Part shown: in pieces, positions 16,976 through 27,112 of the stretch
Numbering within the stretch: the first letter of the stretch is position 1
Layout: every line of letters starts with the position of its first letter
Origin: an uncultured virus (IMG/VR IMGVR_UViG_3300037458_001243)
Lineage: Duplodnaviria; Heunggongvirae; Uroviricota; Caudoviricetes
IMG/VR virus record: IMGVR_UViG_3300037458_001243
Direction: 5' to 3' (one strand)
DNA: 64,000 nt
Notes under the pieces: model-generated
Database searches by the model: none
Seen by the model: only the letters and a program-made list of their open reading frames with translations
Told to the model about the DNA's origin: nothing
Made by a program: the position numbers and the translations under genes

Positions 16976-17959
16976 ATGAAAACCGCTTTAGAAGTTGCTT
17001 TCGACACCGCTGGCTACAACGACTCTAATATCATCAACGCTAAATTTTCTTCAGAGGAACCAGAAGAATTCGAGTCTGAGTCCACATGTGCTCTCGGCCG
17101 CGATGATGCTATGAGTCCACCAAACACCAGTATAATTTCCTGGGATTTAATAGCAAACGAACGTCGCCGCCTAAACGAAGAATTGCCAGCTCTGGAAGCT
17201 GATCTGCCAAAACTCAAACAAGCCTTGGCACAGATCGAAACGAAGTTCAACAATCATCTGGCGCTCAGCAAGCGTCAGATGGAGGAAGTAGCGTACATGG
17301 CCAGCAACCTGGGATTCATGGACACTACACAGACCCAGCGCTACCAGGAACTCCAACAGGCTCAGCTCACTAACAGAACCTTAGAACTAAAATTACGCCA
17401 AGAAATCGCTCAAGTTCGCGGCAAACTTCAAGTAGTCATTGGGGAGATTGAGTACACCAAAGTAGTCGACGATCTCGATCCTGACGAGTTGGATTGGGTG
17501 CGGTTCCCGTGTAGCCCATTCGATTATGTCCTAATCACTAGTCTCTGTTATGCTATAAGAGACCGAATCCACAATCGGATAGTAGCTAATCAGTTTGAAC
17601 GGGAAGTCATCGAAGCCCGATTAGCAACACTCCAGTCCCAGACTGCTCTGGAGCATTGTGAGTCAATCCGCTTGGAGTCCAACCTGTCCCAAGCCGACGA
17701 ACTCTACACCCAGTTGGGACGCATCGATGGAGATACCGACCGACTACGGCGCTACTCGATGGTTTATCGTTTAGTAGCTCACATCACAGCCCGAGAACTC
17801 ACCAAGGAAGAATTGCAGTATAAAGTTGGCTTCCCACCACGCTCGACAGCTCAAATCAGAGCTTCCTGGATCGAGTCACGAGCCAAGAAAGCTGAGACTC
17901 GACTAGCTCAAAGCCGGCAGAAGTCATCTGCCACAAATACTTTCTTTGATATCTCATAG
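16976..17959 (+). CDS. Coiled-coil hypothetical protein
   Basis: Probable start MKTALEV with GGAG RBS after leader copy 4. Confidence 0.75.
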   Translation: MKTALEVAFDTAGYNDSNIINAKFSSEEPEEFESESTCALGRDDAMSPPNTSIISWDLIANERRRLNEELPALEADLPKLKQALAQIETKFNNHLALSKRQMEEVAYMASNLGFMDTTQTQRYQELQQAQLTNRTLELKLRQEIAQVRGKLQVVIGEIEYTKVVDDLDPDELDWVRFPCSPFDYVLITSLCYAIRDRIHNRIVANQFEREVIEARLATLQSQTALEHCESIRLESNLSQADELYTQLGRIDGDTDRLRRYSMVYRLVAHITARELTKEELQYKVGFPPRSTAQIRASWIESRAKKAETRLAQSRQKSSATNTFFDIS

Positions 17960-17969
17960 GAGACCCCCC

Positions 17970-18101
17970 ATGACCCTAGTCCGCGATGATTTAGGCCGTC
18001 CACAATTCCTTATATACATCTACAAGGCAATCCACTTAACGGTCTATGAAATTAAGGACCTCAAAGGAAACCTCATAGCCCGTTATACTGTCGTCTCCTA
18101 A
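17970..18101 (+). CDS. 43-aa hypothetical protein (MTLVRDDLGRPQ...)
   Basis: Read by hand; AGGAG RBS. Confidence 0.55.
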   Translation: MTLVRDDLGRPQFLIYIYKAIHLTVYEIKDLKGNLIARYTVVS

Positions 18102-18175
18102 CCGTCGCCACGGCACAGCTCCCAACAAAGGAGCTGTGCCGTTTTTCGTCATGGTAATCACAATAGGAGGCTACC

Positions 18176-18382
18176 ATGAGCACCTTTAATGAAAATTCCT
18201 TTTGGAAAGAATTTGAGAGAGCGCCTGTCGGCACAATTTTCCGACATCCACGTGATGGTTACATCATGAAGACGGGCATTGGTACCCGTCGAAATGGTTG
18301 GGACCCACACAGCCTGAACGCCCAGCTTGCTAAAGAGCTCAACAAGCGCTGGACACCTAACAGCCTAATCGCGAAAAGCTAA
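18176..18382 (+). CDS. Hypothetical protein
   Basis: AGGAGG RBS after leader copy 5. Confidence 0.7.
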   Translation: MSTFNENSFWKEFERAPVGTIFRHPRDGYIMKTGIGTRRNGWDPHSLNAQLAKELNKRWTPNSLIAKS

Positions 18383-18383
18383 A

Positions 18384-18647
18384 ATGCACAGATATTACAT
18401 CAACACCAGCATCACCATCACAGAGATGAGTGAGACCGACCCGCAAGTCACTATCGACGAAACCGTATGGCACATGGCTCTGCGAGTGATAAAGAGCTTC
18501 AACGTCACTAGAGAGAGTAACCGAGTGACAACCATCGGATTCCTGAAGAGTTGCTACCCAGAAATGGACTCTAACACCTCACGGATTGTCGTAGACGCGG
18601 CGATTTATGCCGTAGACAACGCCATCTACACTCCAGAACATCTGTGA
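18384..18647 (+). CDS. Hypothetical protein
   Basis: Adjacent to the upstream stop; 87 aa. Confidence 0.65.
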   Translation: MHRYYINTSITITEMSETDPQVTIDETVWHMALRVIKSFNVTRESNRVTTIGFLKSCYPEMDSNTSRIVVDAAIYAVDNAIYTPEHL

Positions 18648-18719
18648 CAGTTTCCGAGATTCATAGTTGATACGTGCCTGGTGTAGACAACGCCATCTAC
18701 ACTCCAGAACATCTGTGAC
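18612..18719 (+). repeat. Perfect 37-nt direct repeat separated by 34 nt
   Basis: GTAGACAACGCCATCTACACTCCAGAACATCTGTGAC at 18612-18648 and 18683-18719. Confidence 0.95.
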
Positions 18720-19046
18720 CCACCCATGGACAAGCCCACCAGAAAATGGTAGGCTTGTCCATAATTTTGTTACACTCCAAAGCCAACATCCGTGGGAGAC
18801 GCCAATGATCCTCTACACTCTACGTTACCTGCTAATCCTCGCTAACACAGGATTCGAACAAAACTACTGGGATCAAATCTTTGTTAATGATCTCTGGATT
18901 AAATTTTTAACGGAAATTAATAAAAATGAACAATGAGCAATATATCGCACAATATATGCGTGATTACACATTGATAGAAACTACTTATTATTACTCACGA
19001 ATAGATAATCACATAATAACAATCCAAGCCCCATGGAATAACCCTT

Positions 19047-20864
19047 ATGTTATTTATAGATTTCGAAACCCATTACACCAAAGAATACAGCCTTAAAAAC
19101 CTGAATTACTATCAATATATTCAAGATGAAAGATTTAATATTCTAGGCGCAGCTATCATCCACAACGATGAGCCTACCCAATGGCTAACCAGTTTCGAAC
19201 TCGCTGCATTTCTTGACGAGCTACGCCGCGATCCACCAGAAACCGTCGTAGCTCATAATCTCTTCTTCGATGGGCTCATCCTCACCCAGCTCAATATCAC
19301 CACCGAGCTATGGATTGACACACTCAGCATGGCTCGCGCCCTACTACCTCCTGGCACTCCACTAAGCTTGGATGCGTTAGCAAAACACTACAACCTAGGC
19401 CAGAAACTGGAAGGATTACCGATGGGTATAGCTTCGTGGGATGAACTTTCTCCCGAAGCTCAACGCCGCCTAAAATATTACGCAATAAATGATGTAGAAC
19501 TCCTTAAGAAACTGTACTACAAACTCGCTCCAAAATTCCCAAGTAAAGAATTTGAGCTAATAGATTTAACAATGCGAATGGCGTTTAACCCACATTTGCA
19601 GCTCAACATGCCGCTCGCTCAACAGCTCCTAACATCCGTGGGAGACCGAAAAACCCAACTTATCAAAGAATCAGGCCTCTCAGAAAAGATGCTAGCTTCA
19701 AACAAACAATTTTCTGAGTGGCTCTTAGCCAATAGCTATGATATACCAATGAAAATAAGCCCGACCACCGGCAAACCAACTCCAGCACTCGGGAAGTCCG
19801 ATCAAGCATTTCTTGACCTTCTTGAAGATAACCCCGAATTAGAACCCATCGTCGAAGCGCGATTAGCCGTTAAATCTACTCTGGAAACTACCCGACTAAC
19901 TACCCTCATCGAAACTCAGCAACTCATGGAAGGTATCCCAGTTCCACTGAAATACTATGGCGGACATACCGGCCGTTGGAGCGGACTATTTTATAACCTG
20001 CAAAACCTCCCCAAAAAATCTGAAATCCGTAATACCTTGGAAGCCCCCGAAAACGAAACCCTCGTTATCGTAGATAGCGCCGCCATCGAAGCCCGAGTTT
20101 TAGCCTGGTTAGCCGGTCAAGAGTTTGCCCTAAACGCATACAAAAATAATGAAGACCTATATAAAGTAATGGCTGGCAAAATCTATAATAAAGACCCAAC
20201 CGAAGTAACTAAAGATGAACGCACACTAGGCAAAATCGCAGTATTAGGATGCGGTTATGGAATGGGGGTAAACAAGTTCATTCTCACTTGTAAAACTTAT
20301 GGAGTAACCATATCTGAAGAACTTGCTCAAACTACTATAGATACTTACCGAGAAACTTATAATCTAGTCCGTAATCTCTGGCGTACTTTCGATTCTTATA
20401 TCCAGATAATGACTAAAAAATTCGCTGAAAAATCAGGTAAAACCCCATGGATTGAATATACCGCACCTAACGAACGCATACATCCAACTCTAATATTCAC
20501 AACAGAAAAGATAATATTACCTAACGGTTTAGCCCTTCATTACCAAAATTTACACCAAAATAACTCCGGAGAATACATTTACGGAATTAAAAACAATAGA
20601 AAAGTTTATGGAGCTAAGATCGTCGAAAATATAGTTCAAGCCCTAGCTCGTACTATCATCGCCGAACAGATGCTAGAAGCCCACAAAACATTATCCGGAA
20701 CTCTCGTACTATCCGTTCATGACGAGATCGTAATAAGTACCAATATCCGACACGCTGAGTCAACTTTACAAAACCTCATAAACATCATGAAAACTCCACC
20801 AATTTGGGCCCACACCTGCCCACTAGATGCCGAGGGTTCGATATCCAAATTCTACAAGAAGTAG
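19047..20864 (+). CDS. DNA polymerase family A with 3'-5' exonuclease domain
   Basis: IDFET (ExoI), AHNLFFD, YAINDV; HTGRWS...NLQNLP, DSAAIEAR (motif A), RTLGKIAVLGCGYG (motif B), SVHDEI (motif C). Confidence 0.95.
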   Translation: MLFIDFETHYTKEYSLKNLNYYQYIQDERFNILGAAIIHNDEPTQWLTSFELAAFLDELRRDPPETVVAHNLFFDGLILTQLNITTELWIDTLSMARALLPPGTPLSLDALAKHYNLGQKLEGLPMGIASWDELSPEAQRRLKYYAINDVELLKKLYYKLAPKFPSKEFELIDLTMRMAFNPHLQLNMPLAQQLLTSVGDRKTQLIKESGLSEKMLASNKQFSEWLLANSYDIPMKISPTTGKPTPALGKSDQAFLDLLEDNPELEPIVEARLAVKSTLETTRLTTLIETQQLMEGIPVPLKYYGGHTGRWSGLFYNLQNLPKKSEIRNTLEAPENETLVIVDSAAIEARVLAWLAGQEFALNAYKNNEDLYKVMAGKIYNKDPTEVTKDERTLGKIAVLGCGYGMGVNKFILTCKTYGVTISEELAQTTIDTYRETYNLVRNLWRTFDSYIQIMTKKFAEKSGKTPWIEYTAPNERIHPTLIFTTEKIILPNGLALHYQNLHQNNSGEYIYGIKNNRKVYGAKIVENIVQALARTIIAEQMLEAHKTLSGTLVLSVHDEIVISTNIRHAESTLQNLINIMKTPPIWAHTCPLDAEGSISKFYKK

Positions 20865-20897
20865 TCCAAAGCCAAAAAATCCACTAGATATAGTGGC

Positions 20898-20926
20898 TTG
20901 ACGCCCAAGCCGCCATCAGGCATCAT
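20898..20926 (+). promoter_or_regulatory. Possible sigma70 promoter
   Basis: TTGACG, 17 nt, CATCAT; preceded by the inverted repeat CCACTA-GATA-TAGTGG. Confidence 0.35.
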
Positions 20927-20955
20927 GAAAGCTTCCACCCCAAAGGAACCCTCCC

Positions 20956-21501
20956 ATGGCCTTCATGTGCCCAGAAATAACCATAAATTTCCCACACTTA
21001 ATGGTCGACATTGAGACCTTATCCACCTCCAACAACGCCGCTATCGTTTCCATCTGTGCCATACCATTTAACCCACAATTAGGCACCTACAACCCTAATT
21101 ATTTCTATGAAGAAGTAGATCACAATAGCTTAGAACTATTTCACAAATGTCCAGATACTCTCAACTGGTGGGCTCAACAAAATACACCAATGCCGAAAGG
21201 CACAACACCTATTAAAGTAGCCCTCAATGAATTAAGAACTTATTTCTGTAAACAACCTTATACTGCATTATGGGCTAATAGCCCCTCATTCGATATAACT
21301 ATATTAAAAAACGCTTTCAACAAATTTGAAATAGCTTGGCCATTTCCCTACTGGCTAGAATACGACGTTAGAACAATAAAGCAAGTCTTTAAACTACCTA
21401 ATCTCCAAAATTCCCATCACGCTTATAAAGACTGCTTAAACCAAATCAACTTGGTAACCCAAGTCTATTCAATTTTGGCCAGCAAGGATTCGCAATCATG
21501 A
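20956..21501 (+). CDS. DEDDh 3'-5' exonuclease (exonuclease VIII/DUF5051-like)
   Basis: HLMVDIETL, TLNWW, WANSPSFD, DVRT and HHAYKDCLNQ motifs. Confidence 0.85.
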   Translation: MAFMCPEITINFPHLMVDIETLSTSNNAAIVSICAIPFNPQLGTYNPNYFYEEVDHNSLELFHKCPDTLNWWAQQNTPMPKGTTPIKVALNELRTYFCKQPYTALWANSPSFDITILKNAFNKFEIAWPFPYWLEYDVRTIKQVFKLPNLQNSHHAYKDCLNQINLVTQVYSILASKDSQS

Positions 21502-23894
21502 ATCTCTATTTCCTATCTGCATCAGAACCACTCACCAAAACTCATACTAAAGTCAACAGCCACATCGACACCCAGAATTATCCGATGATGAAGTATTTCA
21601 CTTCACATCAAGAAACTATAAATAATACCGAAGAATTCTACTACACTCTCCTCAACCACGCCCAACTCGGCCATTGTTTGCTGAAAGGAGAACTAAAGAA
21701 ACCGCTAAATAATGAATCCCGATCTGATAGTGTAAATCGCCTCGCTTTAACTAATTGGTTAATTTTCGACTTGGATGGAGCAGAATATGAATACGTAGAA
21801 AATTTCCTCTGTGAACTACCTAGTGAATTCATTCAAGCTGATTATATTCAGCAATGGAGCGCATCCGCAGGAATTAAAGGTGGATTAAAAGTCCATCTTT
21901 TTTTCCTGTTGGATAAACCCACTTCGCCAACAGCTTTAAAACTGTTTCTAACAGAATTAAATTTAAATATACCAGTTTTACAAAATAGTATTTACCTAAA
22001 CCCAGGTAATCTTAGTTTGGGTTTTACCCTCGACACAGGCGTAAACGCCAATTCAACTCCTATTTATATCGCCCCACCAATATGCGTGGGATTCGACGAT
22101 CCTATCCAAAACAGAATCTCATTTCATAAAGGTAACTACCCCACTGTAAAATATAACTTCACAACTGACACAGCGAAAATCGAAACCGCAATAAAAAATA
22201 AAATTAAAGAATTACGTTCAACTCTAGGACTTCCTAAGAAATCACCGAAAACCAAAACCGTAGGCAACATAGAATTACTAACCAACGCTGATCCTGCACT
22301 CCTAACTGGAGAACCGTTTGAAGAGCGTGGATTCATATATGTACCGATTAACCCAAACAACAAATACACTTATTACCACCCTATCGATAACCCGTCGCTA
22401 ATCCATAACTTCAAAGGCGAGCCTGCCGTACGAACTGAGCAATTATTACCAGATTACTGGAAAGCTCTGCGTGCCCAACCCATTAAACCCGAGAGCAATG
22501 AAGAACACACACTAATTTTCCGCGACCCAAAAACCGACACTTATTATAACGGTTGGTCCAGCCACACCAACCTGGAAATCTATGCCACTAAAAACAAAGA
22601 TCGACTCAAAGATTTTGCCACACAAAAAGGTCTAATACTCCCCGATCCCATACCTGATTGGAACCTGGATTTCGATCCTACTTCTGAAATAACCCTGGAT
22701 ATTCCAAAGCGATATTTAAATTTATTTCGTCTAAGCTCATACCTAAAAAAGGCTATTCACGAACCTAAGAAAGTAGACCAAATACCGCCTACAATTTACA
22801 ACATCATCGATTCCGTAACAGGGAATGATGAAACTTGCCGCGAACATTTTATCAACTGGTTAGCTTACATTATACAAAAACGTAAGAAAACCAAAACAGC
22901 TTGGATATTTCAAGGCGTCGAAGGAACAGGTAAAGGAATCCTGTTCCACCTTATCCTACGCCCCATTCTCGGCCCTCAATATTGCCATGAAAAACTATTG
23001 AAAGACCTTCTCGACAATTTCAACGATTGGGCTCGGGAAAGTCTCCTAGTGTTTTTCGACGAAACAAAACACTGGCGACGTAGCGATGCCCAAAAAAATC
23101 TACCGAACTTAATCAAAAACCTCATAACCGAGCCCGTACAAAACATCCGTGCGATGCGAACTAATGCCGCGCAGTTTAATTCATATACCAATTGTTTGTT
23201 CGCAACTAACGAATCCGATTCGCTATATATCAGTGAATCAGATCGGCGCTTCAACGTATGTCCAGAACAATTAATCCCCTACATACCACCAGCCGACCTC
23301 GAACAACGCATCCTTGCCGAACTCCAAGATTTCACCCATTTCCTCTACAATTTCCCAGTAGTAGAAATGGCTGTACGAACTGCCCTGGATAATACCGCTA
23401 AAGTAAAATTACGCGATAACGCCAGCAGTGAAATGGATTTGTTTCTACGAGCGTTCAAAAAAGGCGATTTTGAATATTTCGCTGACATTTACGAAGAAAA
23501 TATGGGGATGGTTATAGGAAATGCCAAAGTACTCCAACACATTATCGAAGCCTGGGCCATGCGCTGGATGACTAAAGACAAACCTCATATCTACATTAGA
23601 CGTGATGAATTACTCACCGTATTCAACATCACGTTAAACATCAACGATATAACCCGTAAAAGCTTCACCCACCTACTCCACAAAAAGAACATCCAAACTG
23701 AAAAACAACGAATCGAAGGTAAAATAAAAGATAAGCCAGAAGGAATCAAAGATGATTTTTGGGGGCCAACGACAGTAATTCCAGTCATTTGGCAAACCGG
23801 CCTAGAACAATTAGAAACGATTTACAAATTCATCGAAAAAACCAAGGTGTCGAACTATGAAACTGGAACTCCAAAAAGAGCACATAAAGACTAA
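21498..23894 (+). CDS. Primase-helicase (primase-like N-terminus plus SF3/DUF5906 helicase)
   Basis: IFDLD...SAS...KVH primase-like motifs; GVEGTGKG Walker A, VFFDE, FATN...SDRRF. Confidence 0.85.
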   Translation: MNLYFLSASEPLTKTHTKVNSHIDTQNYPMMKYFTSHQETINNTEEFYYTLLNHAQLGHCLLKGELKKPLNNESRSDSVNRLALTNWLIFDLDGAEYEYVENFLCELPSEFIQADYIQQWSASAGIKGGLKVHLFFLLDKPTSPTALKLFLTELNLNIPVLQNSIYLNPGNLSLGFTLDTGVNANSTPIYIAPPICVGFDDPIQNRISFHKGNYPTVKYNFTTDTAKIETAIKNKIKELRSTLGLPKKSPKTKTVGNIELLTNADPALLTGEPFEERGFIYVPINPNNKYTYYHPIDNPSLIHNFKGEPAVRTEQLLPDYWKALRAQPIKPESNEEHTLIFRDPKTDTYYNGWSSHTNLEIYATKNKDRLKDFATQKGLILPDPIPDWNLDFDPTSEITLDIPKRYLNLFRLSSYLKKAIHEPKKVDQIPPTIYNIIDSVTGNDETCREHFINWLAYIIQKRKKTKTAWIFQGVEGTGKGILFHLILRPILGPQYCHEKLLKDLLDNFNDWARESLLVFFDETKHWRRSDAQKNLPNLIKNLITEPVQNIRAMRTNAAQFNSYTNCLFATNESDSLYISESDRRFNVCPEQLIPYIPPADLEQRILAELQDFTHFLYNFPVVEMAVRTALDNTAKVKLRDNASSEMDLFLRAFKKGDFEYFADIYEENMGMVIGNAKVLQHIIEAWAMRWMTKDKPHIYIRRDELLTVFNITLNINDITRKSFTHLLHKKNIQTEKQRIEGKIKDKPEGIKDDFWGPTTVIPVIWQTGLEQLETIYKFIEKTKVSNYETGTPKRAHKD

Positions 23895-26100
23895 CATCAC
23901 CAACACCCCTACCCAATTCAGCATTGCTAACGATCCCATTGTGTACAGCATTTTCAGTGATAAACTGTACACAAACAAGCACCAAGCCATTCTCCGAGAG
24001 CTAGTCAGCAATGCGTGGGACGCCCACGTAGTAGCCAACAACCAAACTACTCCTATCGAAGTTCAACTACCGACTTATCTCGAACCTACCCTACGTATTC
24101 GAGACTTCGGTACCGGCCTCCATCCAGAAGTAGTATTAAATAATACCACCGTATTCTTCTGGTCAGATAAACGGGGAACTAACGAACTTATCGGTGGTCT
24201 CGGTTTAGGTATGAAAAGCCCGTTCTGCTACACTGATAACTATACTGTAATCAGTTACTGGCATGGAACTAAATACACTTTCTCCTGTTATAAAGAAAAT
24301 CACAAACCTCACTGCATCCTAGTATCCGAAATAAATACAGATGAACCAAACGGCCTCGAAATTATCATAAATACTAATAACGACGTTTGTGATTGGGTTT
24401 ATGAAGCTAAACGCGTATTACCCTGGTTCCCTAATTTACAAGTAAACCACATTATCCCAGAAATAAAATGGACTGCTACTGGGACTCTAAACAACTTAAC
24501 TACAAATATAACTGTTAAAGATTGCACCTGGGGAATTCTACACACCGATAATAGAGAAAATCTTTATTTAAGAAACCGGTTCTACTTTCTACAGGGTAAT
24601 GTCCTGTATAACCTCAATGAAAAGGATATTAATAACCATGAATACTTAAAAGACAACGCTGATTTCAAATCTTTTAAGGGAACTTGCGTAATTACTGTAC
24701 CCATCGGCACCTTGTCCGTAGCCGTAAGCCGTGAATCACTAAGCCTCGACCCACAAACTTATGATAAAACAGGAAAACTAATAAACATAGTATTATATAA
24801 TATTCGTAACTATTACATGAAAGAAATTAATAAAGCTCCTGATTTAATAGCAGCATTACTATATGCTATTGAATTAAATCAGAGCCTAGATATTAAACAC
24901 ATAACCTATAAGGGGTTCGACCATCCAGTAAGTAAAAATATCAATATTAGTTTGTCTCCTAAAACCCAAGATTTTATAATTAACAACGAACTTACTATCT
25001 ACCAATTCGAACAACCTCATCGATCCTACCGTAGAAGAGGAACCCCAACTAACAAATTCATAGACAAAATCGAAAAGCACCTACTATATAACCTCGACAA
25101 ACTCCACTTTGTAGGAATATCAGATCACTTACATACTAAGAAAACTATTTTAGAAAATATCCCCAGCAATCCTGGACACTATTCACTTTATATACACTAC
25201 CAAAACCAAGAGGCATTAAACTCACTCCTCAAAGATTGCCATAATTTCCCAACCATTAAAATAAATAATCTCTCCAACATAACTCAACCTAAAAAATTAA
25301 TAGGGAAACAAATCCAAACTAAAAACATATTCACTCCAACTACTGTAAAACGGTGGAAGTGTAATGAATGGATCGATTATAGAACTGAAGAAGGGATAGA
25401 ATATTACACTATCCAACTTCACAACCGAAAACCACAACTCCCTTTTGAAATCGATTTTACCAACCTCATAAGTTGTTTAGAGCCTTGGGATAAGCCAATA
25501 ATTGGTATCCCCACTACCACCCCAAAATACTTAATACCTAAAGGAGAATTTAACACCCAAATCGTTCCAATTATAATCAATAAGATCAAAACTTTTTGTA
25601 ATTCTTACGACAAAGATTTAGTCATGACCATCGATGACACTACGCGATGTTATGAAAATTTAATAAAACCAGTTTTAACCTATATGGAGAAGGAAAAAAC
25701 CAATCTTAATGTTAAATCCCCATTAAAAGCTTTCTTCAATCTACTCACAAAAGCACATACCACTAAAATTAATAGGGAGTTTCAATCATTACTATCGTGC
25801 CATCATAAAGTACTGAAAGAACTAAACATAAACCCAACTACCATCGAAATATCCATAAAAGAGCGCGAAACCCACTTTCAAAATTTCTGGAATAAACTTA
25901 AAAAATTAGAAGAACTGTATCCTATTTTAGGTTTACTTATAGATAAAGCTAATTACGAACAAGCTTTAATCACCACTTTCCACCGATCTCATTTCTTCAC
26001 ACCAACAGTCTTAAGAATCATGATGGACTATGATAAAGTCGTATGTAATCCACAAGGAATTCAACCTCTTTACCCACCTAAAATCCCAACCATTTTCTAA
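23857..26100 (+). CDS. rIIA: RIIA-like protein (GHKL ATPase N-terminus)
   Basis: LYTNKHQAILRELVSNAWDAH, IRDFGTGL, IGGLGLGMKSPFCY, SRESLS. Confidence 0.9.
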   Translation: MKLELQKEHIKTNITNTPTQFSIANDPIVYSIFSDKLYTNKHQAILRELVSNAWDAHVVANNQTTPIEVQLPTYLEPTLRIRDFGTGLHPEVVLNNTTVFFWSDKRGTNELIGGLGLGMKSPFCYTDNYTVISYWHGTKYTFSCYKENHKPHCILVSEINTDEPNGLEIIINTNNDVCDWVYEAKRVLPWFPNLQVNHIIPEIKWTATGTLNNLTTNITVKDCTWGILHTDNRENLYLRNRFYFLQGNVLYNLNEKDINNHEYLKDNADFKSFKGTCVITVPIGTLSVAVSRESLSLDPQTYDKTGKLINIVLYNIRNYYMKEINKAPDLIAALLYAIELNQSLDIKHITYKGFDHPVSKNINISLSPKTQDFIINNELTIYQFEQPHRSYRRRGTPTNKFIDKIEKHLLYNLDKLHFVGISDHLHTKKTILENIPSNPGHYSLYIHYQNQEALNSLLKDCHNFPTIKINNLSNITQPKKLIGKQIQTKNIFTPTTVKRWKCNEWIDYRTEEGIEYYTIQLHNRKPQLPFEIDFTNLISCLEPWDKPIIGIPTTTPKYLIPKGEFNTQIVPIIINKIKTFCNSYDKDLVMTIDDTTRCYENLIKPVLTYMEKEKTNLNVKSPLKAFFNLLTKAHTTKINREFQSLLSCHHKVLKELNINPTTIEISIKERETHFQNFWNKLKKLEELYPILGLLIDKANYEQALITTFHRSHFFTPTVLRIMMDYDKVVCNPQGIQPLYPPKIPTIF

Positions 26101-26110
26101 GGAGTAACCA

Positions 26111-26875
26111 ATGATCCCCTACATCGAAAACACCACTGGCGTAGTATTTTTCCTTAACAACAGCGTAAATCGCTACGAACGTGATAAATTTGGTTACAGC
26201 GTTCTCATCGAAAAACTGGAACGCGGTGATGAAGACGGCTACGAAGCATTTATTACTTCAAAAGTAGCTAAAGTAAGCAACCTACTTTCTGGATATCCAG
26301 ATTTCGAAATCAAGTCAGGTGAACTTCATTACAAAGGAGAAGCGCAAACCGACTACTTATCTCGTAAAATCGTAGAATTCTACGAAGCAGGTCGTCCAAT
26401 CGAGGCTCAAATCAACTTCTTTCTCAACGTAATGGAAAATCCCAGCTCGCGAGCCCGAGAAGAAGCATACAAATTTGTAGAATTCAACAGCCTCCCCATC
26501 ACTCGCAAAGGAACTTTCCTAGCTTACAAGCGTATCCGCGCCGACTGGACCGACGTTCACACAGGAACCATCAGTAACCACATCGGCGCAGTAGTTTCCA
26601 TGCCCCGCAACCGGGTAAACGACGATCCTAGCCAGACCTGCTCGTCTGGTCTACACGTTTGTGCATTCGCCTACCTCCAACACTTCCCAGGCGAACGAAT
26701 CATCGCCACCGACCAAAATCCACGCGACATCGTTGCAGTACCCCATGATTACGACGGAACCAAGATGCGCGTATGCAAATACGTAGTATACACTGAAATC
26801 CCCATGGACACCGCCGAGAACATCTGGGCCAGCACTCCATACATCGAAATCGATGAGAACGAAAATGCCTGCTGA
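26111..26875 (+). CDS. rIIB: RIIB-like protein
   Basis: ENPSSR, FLAYK, VSMPRNRVNDDPSQTCSSGLHVC, VAVPHDYDGTKMRVCKY; follows rIIA. Confidence 0.9.
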   Translation: MIPYIENTTGVVFFLNNSVNRYERDKFGYSVLIEKLERGDEDGYEAFITSKVAKVSNLLSGYPDFEIKSGELHYKGEAQTDYLSRKIVEFYEAGRPIEAQINFFLNVMENPSSRAREEAYKFVEFNSLPITRKGTFLAYKRIRADWTDVHTGTISNHIGAVVSMPRNRVNDDPSQTCSSGLHVCAFAYLQHFPGERIIATDQNPRDIVAVPHDYDGTKMRVCKYVVYTEIPMDTAENIWASTPYIEIDENENAC

Positions 26876-27029
26876 AATAAAACACTGTTCCCCCTGCAAA
26901 TCCACCCCAGCCGCCGAATGGCAGAATAAAACCTACGGCAAGAACGAACGAGTCCACAACCTACTCGCCACCAAAAAAGGTGACCTCAAACAATGGCGTT
27001 GTACAATTTGTAGCAACGTCAAAACTTGA
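26865..27029 (+). CDS. 54-aa zinc-ribbon-like protein (MPAEIKHCSPC...RCTICS)
   Basis: Read by hand; CxxC...CxxC; overlaps the end of rIIB. Confidence 0.6.
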   Translation: MPAEIKHCSPCKSTPAAEWQNKTYGKNERVHNLLATKKGDLKQWRCTICSNVKT

Positions 27030-27112
27030 CATCTACCTAAACCACAACTAAACTAACCTCAAAATCCAGCCAGGAGCGTTCCTCCTGGCTCACCTTCATC
27101 ACCGGAGCTACC

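Larger units (their letters stand above)
14345..18178 (+). repeat. Five copies of a conserved stem-loop leader element upstream of early genes
   Basis: ACGGCACAGCTCCC-loop-GGGAGCTGTGCCGT followed by TGGTAC/TTAA...GGAG...ATG at 14345 (3' half only), 14931, 15287, 16885 and 18110. Confidence 0.85.

Noticed and set aside
14345..18178. Integron with attC sites
   Set aside because: No tyrosine recombinase in the window, and stem variation fits RNA G-U pairing better than attC extrahelical bases.
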